A stretch of DNA of 32,787 nucleotides, from the NCBI GenBank assembly GCA_044236265.1, contig JBIIGV010000020.1:1-32787 (forward strand). Reading direction: 5' to 3'. The DNA comes from Oligoflexales bacterium (lineage in GTDB: Bacteria; Bdellovibrionota_B; Oligoflexia; Oligoflexales; RGVZ01). Position 1 is the first letter of the stretch, and every line of letters starts with the position of its first letter. The position numbers and the translations under genes were made by a program. The notes below the pieces were generated by a model, which saw only the letters and a program-made list of their open reading frames with translations, had not been told where the DNA came from and ran no database searches. Of this stretch, positions 7,557 to 16,922 are shown one piece after another.

Positions 7557-8726
7557 TTAGTATTCGGATTTCAAAATCTGCGTAATGATGCTTTCGCGAG
7601 ATGCCCGCTCCGGATTGTCAGATGGTATATGTGACCAAGAGAGCCAGCTGACAGGTACCGACCATTTGCTTGAAACATTGAAAATATCGCCCCATGCTGG
7701 TATCTCGTCTAGTTTAGTAAACGCGACGCTCGATACACCGACAGCACTGAAATGCCTTATTGTACGGTCCATCAACGCAGGCTTTTCGGTCGCGCTCAAT
7801 GCCACATGAAACTCAAGTGCGAGACCTTGGTTCTTGATGAGCTCCAGCTCGACAAGGCTAGACGTGTCCACAGGATTTCGGCCCGCAGTATCGACCAAAA
7901 GTAGATCAATGCCTTTGCACTTGAGAATCGCTGGCTTTAACTCCTCAGCCCTAGCAATGGTGTAGTGATCAATTCCGATGATTTTGCTGTAGATCTTGGT
8001 TTGCTCGCTAGAACCAAGCTTTTCTGGATCCCAGCTTAAGATAGCCACTTTGTGCCGATCTTTCTTGGATATGGCGGTCGCAATCTTCGATAACAGGGTA
8101 CTTTTGCCAGAGCCTGGAGTACCGAGCATGACATGAACATTTGTCATGCCAGGGGTATTTGTCCACTTTGGAGAAATTTTAAGTCTTTTCATCATCCAAC
8201 GAACTGCTTGATCGCGGTAATACGCGTCAAAATTATCTTGTCCTGTTTTTGAGAGGTCTTCTGGTGATGGCAGCGCGGCTAAATGCCTGACCATTTCTGA
8301 TATGTAGGATGGATCTATTCCAGCTGCGGACAAAGAGCGCTCGAGAGAAAAAAGATGAGTAGGTACTGATGACGACTTAGAGTCTTTAACAAGGTCCAGA
8401 ACAAGATTTTTCAGCTCATAAACAGCACCTTCAAGAAGTCTGACCTGTCTAGACGTAGCTACTTGCTCTGCCAGCGAACTCATCTTGTGTGCAAGTTCAA
8501 GATCCGAAGCTTTGTTCATCATTTCGCTGCGATTGGTTGATGCTGTTTCGGCTCCCGCTTTTGATGACACTGATGCCGCGGCTGTTACCTCGTATAGCTT
8601 AGGCATTCCAGGGTCAACCGGAGGAAGTTCCTTTGTGGAGAGAATAACGGCGTTTACACCCAGCTCTCGCTTCACGGCGGCAACGGCATCACGCATGGTC
8701 GTAGCTTCAAATTTTCTCACCTGCAT
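7557..8726 (-). CDS. flhF: SRP-family GTPase FlhF (divergent)
   Basis: N-terminus MQVRKFEATTMRDAVAAVKRELGVNAVILST, P-loop GTPGSGKST, DTAGRN, TKLDE. RBS AAGGA at 8734-8738 supports the ATG at 8726. Confidence 0.92.
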   Translation of the reverse strand: MQVRKFEATTMRDAVAAVKRELGVNAVILSTKELPPVDPGMPKLYEVTAAASVSSKAGAETASTNRSEMMNKASDLELAHKMSSLAEQVATSRQVRLLEGAVYELKNLVLDLVKDSKSSSVPTHLFSLERSLSAAGIDPSYISEMVRHLAALPSPEDLSKTGQDNFDAYYRDQAVRWMMKRLKISPKWTNTPGMTNVHVMLGTPGSGKSTLLSKIATAISKKDRHKVAILSWDPEKLGSSEQTKIYSKIIGIDHYTIARAEELKPAILKCKGIDLLLVDTAGRNPVDTSSLVELELIKNQGLALEFHVALSATEKPALMDRTIRHFSAVGVSSVAFTKLDEIPAWGDIFNVSSKWSVPVSWLSWSHIPSDNPERASRESIITQILKSEY

Positions 8727-8754
8727 AAGAGTTTCCTTTCGCTCAAAAAGCTTC

Positions 8755-10881
8755 TTACAACGACACAACACCAACCTTATTTGTTTGCACCTCAGAAGGG
8801 ATCTCGTCGAATGCTACCACCACGATTCCTGGCACAAACCGATTGATGAGCTTTCTCAGGTCCCACCGAATTCGTGAGCCGCACACTAAGACCGGCATGG
8901 TTCCAAACGAGTCAAATTTGCGCATGACATCGGCGACCTGATTTAGTAGGCGCTCAACATACTTCGTGTCGATGTTGAAGTATGTGGAGCCATCTTCGGC
9001 AGATTGGAGTGCGCCAACTAAAACGTCTTCCACGGCCCGATCGAGCGTTGCAATGTGCAGAGTATTTTCGTTTGCTAAGTATTTTTTAATTATACCACGC
9101 CCAATTGATTTACGGACATAACGTGTCAGGATATCTGGATGTGAGACCTTCTTGCAGTGATCGGCAAGGGTCTCAAAAATACTGTGGATATCCCGAATAC
9201 TTACTGATTCTGCCAACAGGTTTTGTAAGACTTTGACGACATCTCCGAGTGTCATACGGTCAGCGCCGATAACTTCATCGACCACCTTGGGCGCTTCGGC
9301 TTTCAAATTATCGATAAGTTTTTGGGTCTCCTGGCGCCCCAGCAGATTATGAGCGTTCTCGCCAATCAGTTTTGTCAGGTGGGTAACAATCACTGTGGCG
9401 CAGTTAACAACGGTATAACCGCGGAATGTAGCTTCGTCCTTCTGGGCCGTCTTGATCCAAAGAGCGTCAAGTCCGTAAGCTGGCTCCTTCGCTTTAATGC
9501 CTCTGATGGGATCCGAAATGTCTCCTGGATCCATTGCTAGCCAGTGATCGACCATAAGGTTTCCGCGACCTATCACGTTTCCTTTTAACAGGATCTGATA
9601 TTCACCAGGTTTTAACTGAATATTGTCTCGAACCATGACCATCGGAACAATGATTCCTAGGTCTTGCGCAAATTGCTTCCTCGCGCTGACTATTCGTTCG
9701 AGAACCTCTCCATCCTGCGCCTGATCTACCAATGGGACTAAGCCAACGCCAACCTCAAGGCTAAGGGTGTCGACGTGCAGCATGCTTTCAATGGAGTCAG
9801 AAGTTCCTTCCGCAAGTCGGCTCTTATTGGCCTCTTCTGCAATGCGCTCAGCCTCCTTCTCGGCAACTGCTGCGGCGCTATAGCGGCCTATAAAGAAAAA
9901 TAATATTGCGAGTGCAATAAACGGCAGAAAGGGAAATCCTGGAAGAATGCTGAGGACGCCCATAAGACCACCGCAGACGTAAAGTGGCTTTGTATGGGTG
10001 ACAAATTGGCCTTGGATTTCGTCACTTAGGCCGGCCTCGGTAGAGCTTCTTGTTACAACGATACCGGCGGCAATTGAAATAAGGAGGGATGGAATGATTG
10101 CAACAAGTCCATCACCAATCGACAGCAATGTATACTTCGATGCGGCATCTTTAAATGACATTCCATGCTGCATCACGCCAACCGCTAAGCCGACAATTAC
10201 GTTAATTAGGGTGATAATGATGCCTGCAATTGCATCTCCACGAACGAATTTGGACGCACCATCCATGGAGCCATGGAAATCAGCTTCGCGTTCAACTTTC
10301 CTTCGGCGTCGTTTGGCTTCTTCTCTATCGATGACACCAGCATTTAGCTCGGCATCAATGGCCATTTGCTTACCGGGCATTGCGTCCAAGGTGAATCGGG
10401 CGCCAACCTCAGCGACCCGTCCGGAACCTTTAGTGATAACGAAGAAGTTTACAACGTTCAAAATAAGGAAAATTACAACTCCGACGAAGTAATTACCCCC
10501 TACCACAAACTCGCCGAAAGCCTGGATCACGTGTGAAATTTCGCCTGTGGCTCCATCGAGAAGAATCGCTCGTGTACTTGCAACGTTTAATGCCAGTCGA
10601 AGTCCTGTTGATAATAAAAGAATTGTAGGGAACGTTGAAAACTCTAGTGGCTCTTTTATGTAGGTGGAGATCAAAAGAATCAAGACTCCAAGAGTGATGG
10701 AGATGGCTAGAAGCATGTCCATTAGAAGCGGGGGAAGAGGTACGAGCATCAAGAAAACGCCGGCAACAACGCCAACGGCAAAAAGCACGTCTGTACTTTT
10801 GATGATTTCCAAAAATCCTGGCCCGGACGATTTTGCCCGCTCGCGATTTTGCTTGATTGATTTTGCTGTCGCCTGTGCCAT
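8755..10881 (-). CDS. flhA: Flagellar export gate protein FlhA
   Basis: ITKGSGRVAEVGARFTLDAMPGKQMAIDAELNAG, MDGASKFVRGDAIAG, IGDGLV; TM domain plus large cytoplasmic domain. Confidence 0.98.
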   Translation of the reverse strand: MAQATAKSIKQNRERAKSSGPGFLEIIKSTDVLFAVGVVAGVFLMLVPLPPLLMDMLLAISITLGVLILLISTYIKEPLEFSTFPTILLLSTGLRLALNVASTRAILLDGATGEISHVIQAFGEFVVGGNYFVGVVIFLILNVVNFFVITKGSGRVAEVGARFTLDAMPGKQMAIDAELNAGVIDREEAKRRRRKVEREADFHGSMDGASKFVRGDAIAGIIITLINVIVGLAVGVMQHGMSFKDAASKYTLLSIGDGLVAIIPSLLISIAAGIVVTRSSTEAGLSDEIQGQFVTHTKPLYVCGGLMGVLSILPGFPFLPFIALAILFFFIGRYSAAAVAEKEAERIAEEANKSRLAEGTSDSIESMLHVDTLSLEVGVGLVPLVDQAQDGEVLERIVSARKQFAQDLGIIVPMVMVRDNIQLKPGEYQILLKGNVIGRGNLMVDHWLAMDPGDISDPIRGIKAKEPAYGLDALWIKTAQKDEATFRGYTVVNCATVIVTHLTKLIGENAHNLLGRQETQKLIDNLKAEAPKVVDEVIGADRMTLGDVVKVLQNLLAESVSIRDIHSIFETLADHCKKVSHPDILTRYVRKSIGRGIIKKYLANENTLHIATLDRAVEDVLVGALQSAEDGSTYFNIDTKYVERLLNQVADVMRKFDSFGTMPVLVCGSRIRWDLRKLINRFVPGIVVVAFDEIPSEVQTNKVGVVSL

Positions 10882-10896
10882 GGTTCCCTCTCAGAT

Positions 10897-12015
10897 TTAC
10901 TCAATGGACTCTTGGTTTCGCGCCACTTCTTGCCGACGCGGTACACTGACGCCCTTGAGTTTGAAAACAAATTTAATAATCTCGCTAACAGCCTGATACA
11001 TGCCGACCGGGATCTCTTCTCCTTCTTTAACTGAGGCATAGATGGCCCGCGCCAACGGCTTATTTTCAACAATAGGTATTTCAGACTCGCGAGCAACCTC
11101 GCGCATTTTAAGGGCCAGGAAGTCTACCCCTTTAGCCAAAACAACGGGAGCAGCCATTCCAATTTCGTAGCGAATGGCTATGGAATAATGCGTAGGATTT
11201 GTAATTAAAACAGTCGCCTTCTTCGTGTTCTCGACGGCTTTTCTAGTAGCTATTTCTCGCGCCATTCGGCGTAGTTTTGCCTTAACATGTGGATCGGTTT
11301 CGCGTTGTTTGATCTCCTCTTTAACTTCCTCTTTGGACATTTTCATTTTGTTTTCCATGCTGACAAAATTATAAATAAAGTCACCAGCACCAACAAAAAG
11401 CATTAGACCAATGACGCCCCAAAGGAGCTGGGTCGTGATGTCATTCCAGTAATTCCATGAATAAATGAAACTAGAGTTAAGAAGAGACGGCACCTTCCTC
11501 CATTCTCCAGCCAATATGAGCCACGCGATGACCGAGACGGCAAACAGCTTGGCAATGGTCTTAATAATGCCAACCACTGTGTCTTTACTAAAGAGTCGTC
11601 CAATGCCTGGTAAGGGATTTAATTTTTCCCAGTTGAATTCAAGCTTCTTCCACGACCAGTTGAATTGTGTCTGTAACAGTGTGGCGAGGGAGCCTGCAAG
11701 GGCTGCGACAATAAAGATTGGTGAAATGATGTAGAGGATGTCGAGCCAAGTTGTACTGAGATAAGACATAAGGTTTTTGTCAGACACGCGGAATGTTTCT
11801 GCAGCCTGAAAGTTTCGAATAAATAGTTTTTTGGAGATGCTAATAATTTGCGGAGTATACCAGCTGATAAAAATCGCAATGGCAGCGAGCCCTGCGACTT
11901 GGCTCAGATCGTGACTATTGGCAACGTTTCCCTGCTCGCGGAAGTCGTCACGCCGCTCCGCGGACGCTTCTTCGGTTTTATCTTCTTGGTCTGTGCTGTT
12001 ATCACCTTCAGCCAT
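10897..12015 (-). CDS. flhB: Flagellar export switch protein FlhB
   Basis: KTEEAS N-terminus, four TM segments, autocleavage motif ITNPTHYSIA, PIVENKPLARAIY. Confidence 0.97.
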   Translation of the reverse strand: MAEGDNSTDQEDKTEEASAERRDDFREQGNVANSHDLSQVAGLAAIAIFISWYTPQIISISKKLFIRNFQAAETFRVSDKNLMSYLSTTWLDILYIISPIFIVAALAGSLATLLQTQFNWSWKKLEFNWEKLNPLPGIGRLFSKDTVVGIIKTIAKLFAVSVIAWLILAGEWRKVPSLLNSSFIYSWNYWNDITTQLLWGVIGLMLFVGAGDFIYNFVSMENKMKMSKEEVKEEIKQRETDPHVKAKLRRMAREIATRKAVENTKKATVLITNPTHYSIAIRYEIGMAAPVVLAKGVDFLALKMREVARESEIPIVENKPLARAIYASVKEGEEIPVGMYQAVSEIIKFVFKLKGVSVPRRQEVARNQESIE

Positions 12016-12030
12016 ACTGCCCTCCTAGAT

Positions 12031-12819
12031 TTATCGGCCGATAGCGACTAGAGCGGTTAATAAATGTCTCTGGCTCTCAGAGAAATGGCTTTGAAGCCAA
12101 CCGGGAAGGAGCGGAAGTAGGGCCATGTAGATAAATAGCCCGACAAAGAAATTAGTTGGAAAGCTCAATACAAAGACATTCGCCTGGGGCACTGCTCGAT
12201 TAATGAGACCCATGGCGGCTGTTGAGAAGAGAAGACCAACAAGAAGAGGTGCGGCAAGCTGCAACGAAGTAGAAAATACGGCCGCCGATACACGCAGAAG
12301 AATGTCTTGAAGCTGACCGGTTGGAAGAGCTTGCCCAATAGGGATGACGACGAATGAGTCCCAGATAGTTTTAATGTAGATATGATGCATGTTGAGTGCG
12401 AGAAAAATAAGAATAATAAGCAGTCGATGTAGTGCGCTGAATCCATTGGTCTGTTCATCGCTATCAGGCATGAAAATGCTGCCGGTATTAAAGCCCATCT
12501 GCAGGCCAACCATGTTAGCGGCCATAACAATTCCATCGAAAGCGAGTTTTGCGGTATATCCGATGACGAGCCCTATCAGCATCTCTCGTATTATCAACAA
12601 GCTTAAGGGTGCAACGTCCGATAGTGCAGCGACTAGCTGGTGTTCATATGAGGCTGGCAATAGTGGGTAGATTCCTACGGTTAATGCGACAGACAGAAGA
12701 ATTCGCACGCGAACGGGAACGTTTGCCTCCCCAAATAGGGGCAAGAGAGCTATGATGCAGCTTATGCGAAGGAATGTCGCTGCTGCAGTCAATATTGCTT
12801 CTGTACTGAAGGCAAACAC
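12031..12819 (-). CDS. fliR: Flagellar export protein FliR
   Basis: Hydrophobic protein with PVRVR, EMLIG, QMGF, RAVPQANVF; GTG start; position between fliQ and flhB. Confidence 0.95.
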   Translation of the reverse strand: MFAFSTEAILTAAATFLRISCIIALLPLFGEANVPVRVRILLSVALTVGIYPLLPASYEHQLVAALSDVAPLSLLIIREMLIGLVIGYTAKLAFDGIVMAANMVGLQMGFNTGSIFMPDSDEQTNGFSALHRLLIILIFLALNMHHIYIKTIWDSFVVIPIGQALPTGQLQDILLRVSAAVFSTSLQLAAPLLVGLLFSTAAMGLINRAVPQANVFVLSFPTNFFVGLFIYMALLPLLPGWLQSHFSESQRHLLTALVAIGR

Positions 12820-12834
12820 GGATTCATTCCCTCA

Positions 12835-13104
12835 TTATCGGACTATGTTTGGGATACGGTTGAAAATGCCAATGGTGAAGTGAATAAATGTTTCAAGGAT
12901 CCAGGGGCCGGTGATAGCCAGTGCAATTGTCATGACCAAAATCTTAGGAATAAAACTTAATGTCTGTTCGTTGATTTGAGTTGCTGCCTGCAGAACTGAG
13001 ACGATGAGTCCCGTAATCAGAATGGCTAGCAAAGCAGGCGCTGAAATCAGGCTTGCGATCCAGACGGCGTTTAGTCCAAGGTCGATAACGGTTTGCTCTG
13101 TCAT
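12835..13104 (-). CDS. fliQ: Flagellar export protein FliQ
   Basis: GLIVSVLQAATQINEQTLSFIPK, GPW. Confidence 0.97.
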   Translation of the reverse strand: MTEQTVIDLGLNAVWIASLISAPALLAILITGLIVSVLQAATQINEQTLSFIPKILVMTIALAITGPWILETFIHFTIGIFNRIPNIVR

Positions 13105-13116
13105 TAGCCACCTCTT

Positions 13117-13887
13117 TTACGAGTAAGTGTGGAAGCTTTTTACGAGTGCGCCAACTATCAGTGACCAACCGTCAACAAGCACAAAAAGAACCAGCTTAAA
13201 TGGAAGTGATACCACGGTAGGCGGTAGCATCATCATGCCCATAGCCATAAGGATGGCTGAGACCACCATGTCGATAACAAGAAACGGAATGTAGATCAGA
13301 AACCCAATCTGAAATGCTGTTTTGAGCTCGCTGATCATAAATGATGGGATCAAAACACTCATCGGGATCTCTGACTCATTCGCTGGTTTATTCAGCTTAG
13401 AAAGATTCATGAATAAGCCGAGATCAGACTCCCTGGTTTCCGCGAGCATGAACTTACGCACAGGTTTGGTAATCTCATTGAGTGCCTGTTCCTGGGTAAT
13501 CGCATTCTGTGAAAGTGGTGTTATCACTCGGTCGTTGATCGGGCCCCAAACAGGAGCCATCGTAAACATCGTAAGAAACAGGGACAATCCAAGGACCACC
13601 TGATTGGGCGGCATCGTATTTGTTCCTATCGCTTGTTTAAGAAAGCTCAAGACGACCAAGATTCGTGTAAAAGAGGTCATCATCAAAAGAATTGCTGGAG
13701 CAACACTGAGTACCGTCAGAATGCTTATGATCTTAATGGCAGGGACAACAGCTGTTGGATCGTCGGTTTGGCTCAGATTTACTTGCAGCTTTGGAACTCC
13801 CGCGTCTGCGAACGCGGCGTTAGCCGTTAGTGCAACGGCTACTCCAGCAAGCACGTAAACCAGTAATTTTTTATTTTTGCTGAGCAT
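13117..13887 (-). CDS. fliP: Flagellar export pore protein FliP
   Basis: Signal peptide, MMTSFTRI, PPNQV, ISELKTAFQIGFLIYIPFLVIDMVV, MGMMMLPP, LFVLVDGW. Confidence 0.98.
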   Translation of the reverse strand: MLSKNKKLLVYVLAGVAVALTANAAFADAGVPKLQVNLSQTDDPTAVVPAIKIISILTVLSVAPAILLMMTSFTRILVVLSFLKQAIGTNTMPPNQVVLGLSLFLTMFTMAPVWGPINDRVITPLSQNAITQEQALNEITKPVRKFMLAETRESDLGLFMNLSKLNKPANESEIPMSVLIPSFMISELKTAFQIGFLIYIPFLVIDMVVSAILMAMGMMMLPPTVVSLPFKLVLFVLVDGWSLIVGALVKSFHTYS

Positions 13888-13912
13888 GCTTTTATTTCCA
13901 ACAGTGAAATGT

Positions 13913-15403
13913 TTATCCCGGAGGCAGATTCCTGAGCCTATCTCGTAGCATGCGCGTGATGTCTTCTTCTTTTTTTACAGATTTAGTTGTGGTGACGCGC
14001 GGTCCGTCATCGTCGATGGCGATGTTGATACTAGAAGATGCAGATGCGTTTCCCTTGCTGGACGTTGTCGAGCTATTAATGCCTGTCGGAAGTGTTCTTC
14101 TTTGAGGACGTTGCTGAGGTAGCTCGTCAGGGGCCTTAAGTCGGATTTCGGCGTTTGGATTTGCCATCTGTAGTTGGCTTGCAAAACTTGCCGTTGGACG
14201 CGACTCAATTGTTGTGAGCATGTTTATGGATTCGGAAGAGACTCCAAGAAGGACTTGCTGAGACCCTACTTGTACAAGGCTAAGTCGCTGCTTTTGACCG
14301 AGATTTATTGTCGATAAAATCTTCAGTGTTGCCGGTTCAATTTCATCAGTAGCAAGTGACGACGATCGTTTCTTTCCTTTCTTAGTTCTCAGTTGGTGGA
14401 CTGCTAAGAAAGCAAAGAATAAAGCAGCACAAAAACCGGCAACTTTTGTCAGCTTATTGTACAGATGTTGTACGGGCTCAGATTTGGAGTTCGGCTTAGA
14501 CTCGCCTTGAATGGTTCCCGCAGCGGAAATTAGGTCGGACGGTGCTGGCTGAGAGCTTTCGACGCTTGTCTTTGCTATAACATCCGCAGCCGTTGGAGCG
14601 TCAGATTTTGCCTTTGCAGGTGGGGCAATCAACTGCTCGAGCTTTTTATGATCGATTGTCATAACTATTCGATCACCCAGGACCTCCGCTGTAGTCGCAA
14701 GTTTTGCTTTGGCGCCATCCTGATTGACAAATAGACGAATGGCACCATCAGAGTCGCCAATTTGAAACGTGGCTATCTTTTTTAAGAATGGACCATTTCC
14801 ATCAATAAATTCGCCCGATGATGGAATAATTGTTCCCGGTAGTTTTACTTGTAAAAAAGTTCCATGCTCCTCAACGACAACGTCTTTCCAATCAGGAGAG
14901 TTGTTCATCCGCGCCGTGATGATAGTCATATCACCTTCAACTTCGGTCGTTACCGAACCTAGTGTCGGTGCGCCGGATTTCGTAGGTTTTTCTTCTGCTT
15001 GTTTTGCCGCAAGCGCTTTTTTTGCTGCAGCCTTTTGGGCCACAAGTTTTTGAGCGGCCGCCTTTTGACGAGCCAGTTTTTGTGCCTGAGCTTTCTGGGT
15101 AGCGATTTTTTGCTGCTCTGCTTTCTTCGCAGCAAGCTGATCGGCAAGCGTCTGATCTGGTAGAGTCTTCTCGATAGTCGAGCCGGCTATATTTGCTTTT
15201 TGTGGCAATGTCAATTCGGCGGGAGCAGCTAGGACCGAATCAGCAGTTGTCTCTATCGCGTCTGCTGTAGCCTCACGCATGACGGGTGACGAATTTGGAG
15301 TTTCAATATTAGGCACTGGTGACTGTGGGGTTTTTGGAGTGTTTCCAAAAGCGACCGTTGCGGCAGCGGCGCCTAGAATGAAGGTTAGAAGTTTGGTTGA
15401 CAT
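13913..15403 (-). CDS. fliO: Extended FliO: signal peptide, Gln/Lys/Ala repeats, AMIN-like periplasmic domain, TM helix, FliO domain and long C-terminal tail
   Basis: Position between fliN and fliP. FliO core LKILSTINLGQKQRLSLVQVGSQQVLLGVSSESINML (aa ~360-399) follows a TM helix (aa ~321-335). 496 aa versus roughly 120-150 aa for enteric FliO. Confidence 0.85.
   Translation of the reverse strand: MSTKLLTFILGAAAATVAFGNTPKTPQSPVPNIETPNSSPVMREATADAIETTADSVLAAPAELTLPQKANIAGSTIEKTLPDQTLADQLAAKKAEQQKIATQKAQAQKLARQKAAAQKLVAQKAAAKKALAAKQAEEKPTKSGAPTLGSVTTEVEGDMTIITARMNNSPDWKDVVVEEHGTFLQVKLPGTIIPSSGEFIDGNGPFLKKIATFQIGDSDGAIRLFVNQDGAKAKLATTAEVLGDRIVMTIDHKKLEQLIAPPAKAKSDAPTAADVIAKTSVESSQPAPSDLISAAGTIQGESKPNSKSEPVQHLYNKLTKVAGFCAALFFAFLAVHQLRTKKGKKRSSSLATDEIEPATLKILSTINLGQKQRLSLVQVGSQQVLLGVSSESINMLTTIESRPTASFASQLQMANPNAEIRLKAPDELPQQRPQRRTLPTGINSSTTSSKGNASASSSINIAIDDDGPRVTTTKSVKKEEDITRMLRDRLRNLPPG
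15008..15112 (-). repeat. In-frame pentapeptide tandem repeat (QKxxx) in fliO
   Basis: QKIAT QKAQA QKLAR QKAAA QKLVA QKAAA KKALA: 15-bp periodicity with an alternating 30-bp pattern. Confidence 0.8.
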
Positions 15404-15434
15404 GACTGCTCTCCAGCGGAATGTTTGATTCTAA

Positions 15435-15869
15435 TTAAATTGCATCTTTAGTTGCGCCAAAATCACCGAGACCAAATTGACTGACAACGTCCGTAAGGCG
15501 AACACCAAAGTGTTCGTTAACTACGACAACCTCACCCATTGCCACTAGTTTGTCATTGATAAGAATTTCCATGGGCTCTCCAGCAATTTTTTCAAGCTCA
15601 ATTACGGAGCCTTGACCAAGCTGGAGTAAATCATTGACAAGCATTTTAGTTCGTCCGAGCTCTACGCTCACCTTTAGTGGGATATCTAAAATCATTTTCA
15701 GTTTAGAAAAATCCGTCTTTCCAAGTCGTGCTGCTGGACCGTCAGCAGCGACGCGCTGATTGTCTTCGGCCTTTCCGGATTCTGCGCCACCAGCATCAGA
15801 AAGCGCATCATCAAGTTCGTTTCCGAGACCAAAGTTCTCTGGTTTTACTTCGCTTCCATCCATTGACAT
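15435..15869 (-). CDS. fliN: Flagellar motor switch protein FliN
   Basis: ILDIPLKVSVELGRTKM, LGQGSVIELEKIAGEP, GEVVVVNEHFGVRLTDV. Confidence 0.97.
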   Translation of the reverse strand: MSMDGSEVKPENFGLGNELDDALSDAGGAESGKAEDNQRVAADGPAARLGKTDFSKLKMILDIPLKVSVELGRTKMLVNDLLQLGQGSVIELEKIAGEPMEILINDKLVAMGEVVVVNEHFGVRLTDVVSQFGLGDFGATKDAI

Positions 15870-15904
15870 GACATCGCTCCTTGTTGAAGATCGTGCGTTC
15901 GGGT

Positions 15905-16876
15905 TTATCCGATTACATCCGTGATTTTGATTGCTCTATTTCCTTTTGATAATCCTGGAATACCTTTAAACTTTGGTTCCCCTTCAACTAGAACATCTAG
16001 CGGAAGTGTTGCGTCTGTATTGAGCTGAATGACATCTCCAGGCTCAAGTTCAAGAAGATCTCTAACTGATATGTCGGCTTGGCCAAGCTTCACATTGATG
16101 TTGGCTGGGGTTTGCATGATCTGTTCTTTGATCCGGTTGATCCAAATGAAGTCGACCTCAAGCTGCTCGCTTTGAAATCCCACTGACAGTTTTGACTTGA
16201 TTGGCTCTAGAGTCGCGTAAGGGATGACAAGCTTTATCGTCCCGCTAACTTTCTCCAACTCAATATCAAACGTGGTCGCTATGACCACATCGGATGGTGG
16301 AACCACCGCAACGAATTGTGGGTTGATTTCGGTTCTGCTATATCCGATTTTTAACGGGTAGACTGGCTCCCATGCCTTTTCAAGGTCATCAATGGCATTT
16401 AATACAACGCGACGGGCTATTTTTATTTCAATAGGCGTGAAATCTTTTCCTTCGATTTTTGTAAATGGGGCTTCGCCTCCACCAAAAAAGCTGTCAACCA
16501 GTGCATAAAGGAGTTTGGATTCGATGACCATGACGGCAGCCCCGCGGAGCGGGTCAAGTCGAAGAATGTTAAGGCAGGATGGTAATGGGAGAGAGTTCAT
16601 AAATTCCGAGAACTTCATCGGACCCGTGCTGTTAACAGAAATGTTTGCCATCTTTCGCAAGGAGTTAGACAGATTCATTCGGAAGAGGCGGATAAATCGG
16701 TCATGAATAATGTCGAGAGTTGGCATCCTGCCACGGATAATTTTGTCGTTATTTGCCAAATCATACTGCATGACCCCTAGACCGCCTGGCGCTGGTGCTC
16801 CAGGTTGTGGCGTTCCATTGTCAGAGACGGCTGACAAGAGAGCATCAACTTCATTTTGTGACAGGACCTGATTCAT
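15905..16876 (-). CDS. fliM: Flagellar motor switch protein FliM
   Basis: CheY-binding N-terminus VLSQNEVDALL, RGRMPTL, FGG..EGKDFTPIE, C-terminal SpoA domain. Confidence 0.97.
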   Translation of the reverse strand: MNQVLSQNEVDALLSAVSDNGTPQPGAPAPGGLGVMQYDLANNDKIIRGRMPTLDIIHDRFIRLFRMNLSNSLRKMANISVNSTGPMKFSEFMNSLPLPSCLNILRLDPLRGAAVMVIESKLLYALVDSFFGGGEAPFTKIEGKDFTPIEIKIARRVVLNAIDDLEKAWEPVYPLKIGYSRTEINPQFVAVVPPSDVVIATTFDIELEKVSGTIKLVIPYATLEPIKSKLSVGFQSEQLEVDFIWINRIKEQIMQTPANINVKLGQADISVRDLLELEPGDVIQLNTDATLPLDVLVEGEPKFKGIPGLSKGNRAIKITDVIG

Positions 16877-16922
16877 CGTATTCTCCGCGCAGTTTAGTCA
16901 GTGGTAAAACGATGCGAAAACG

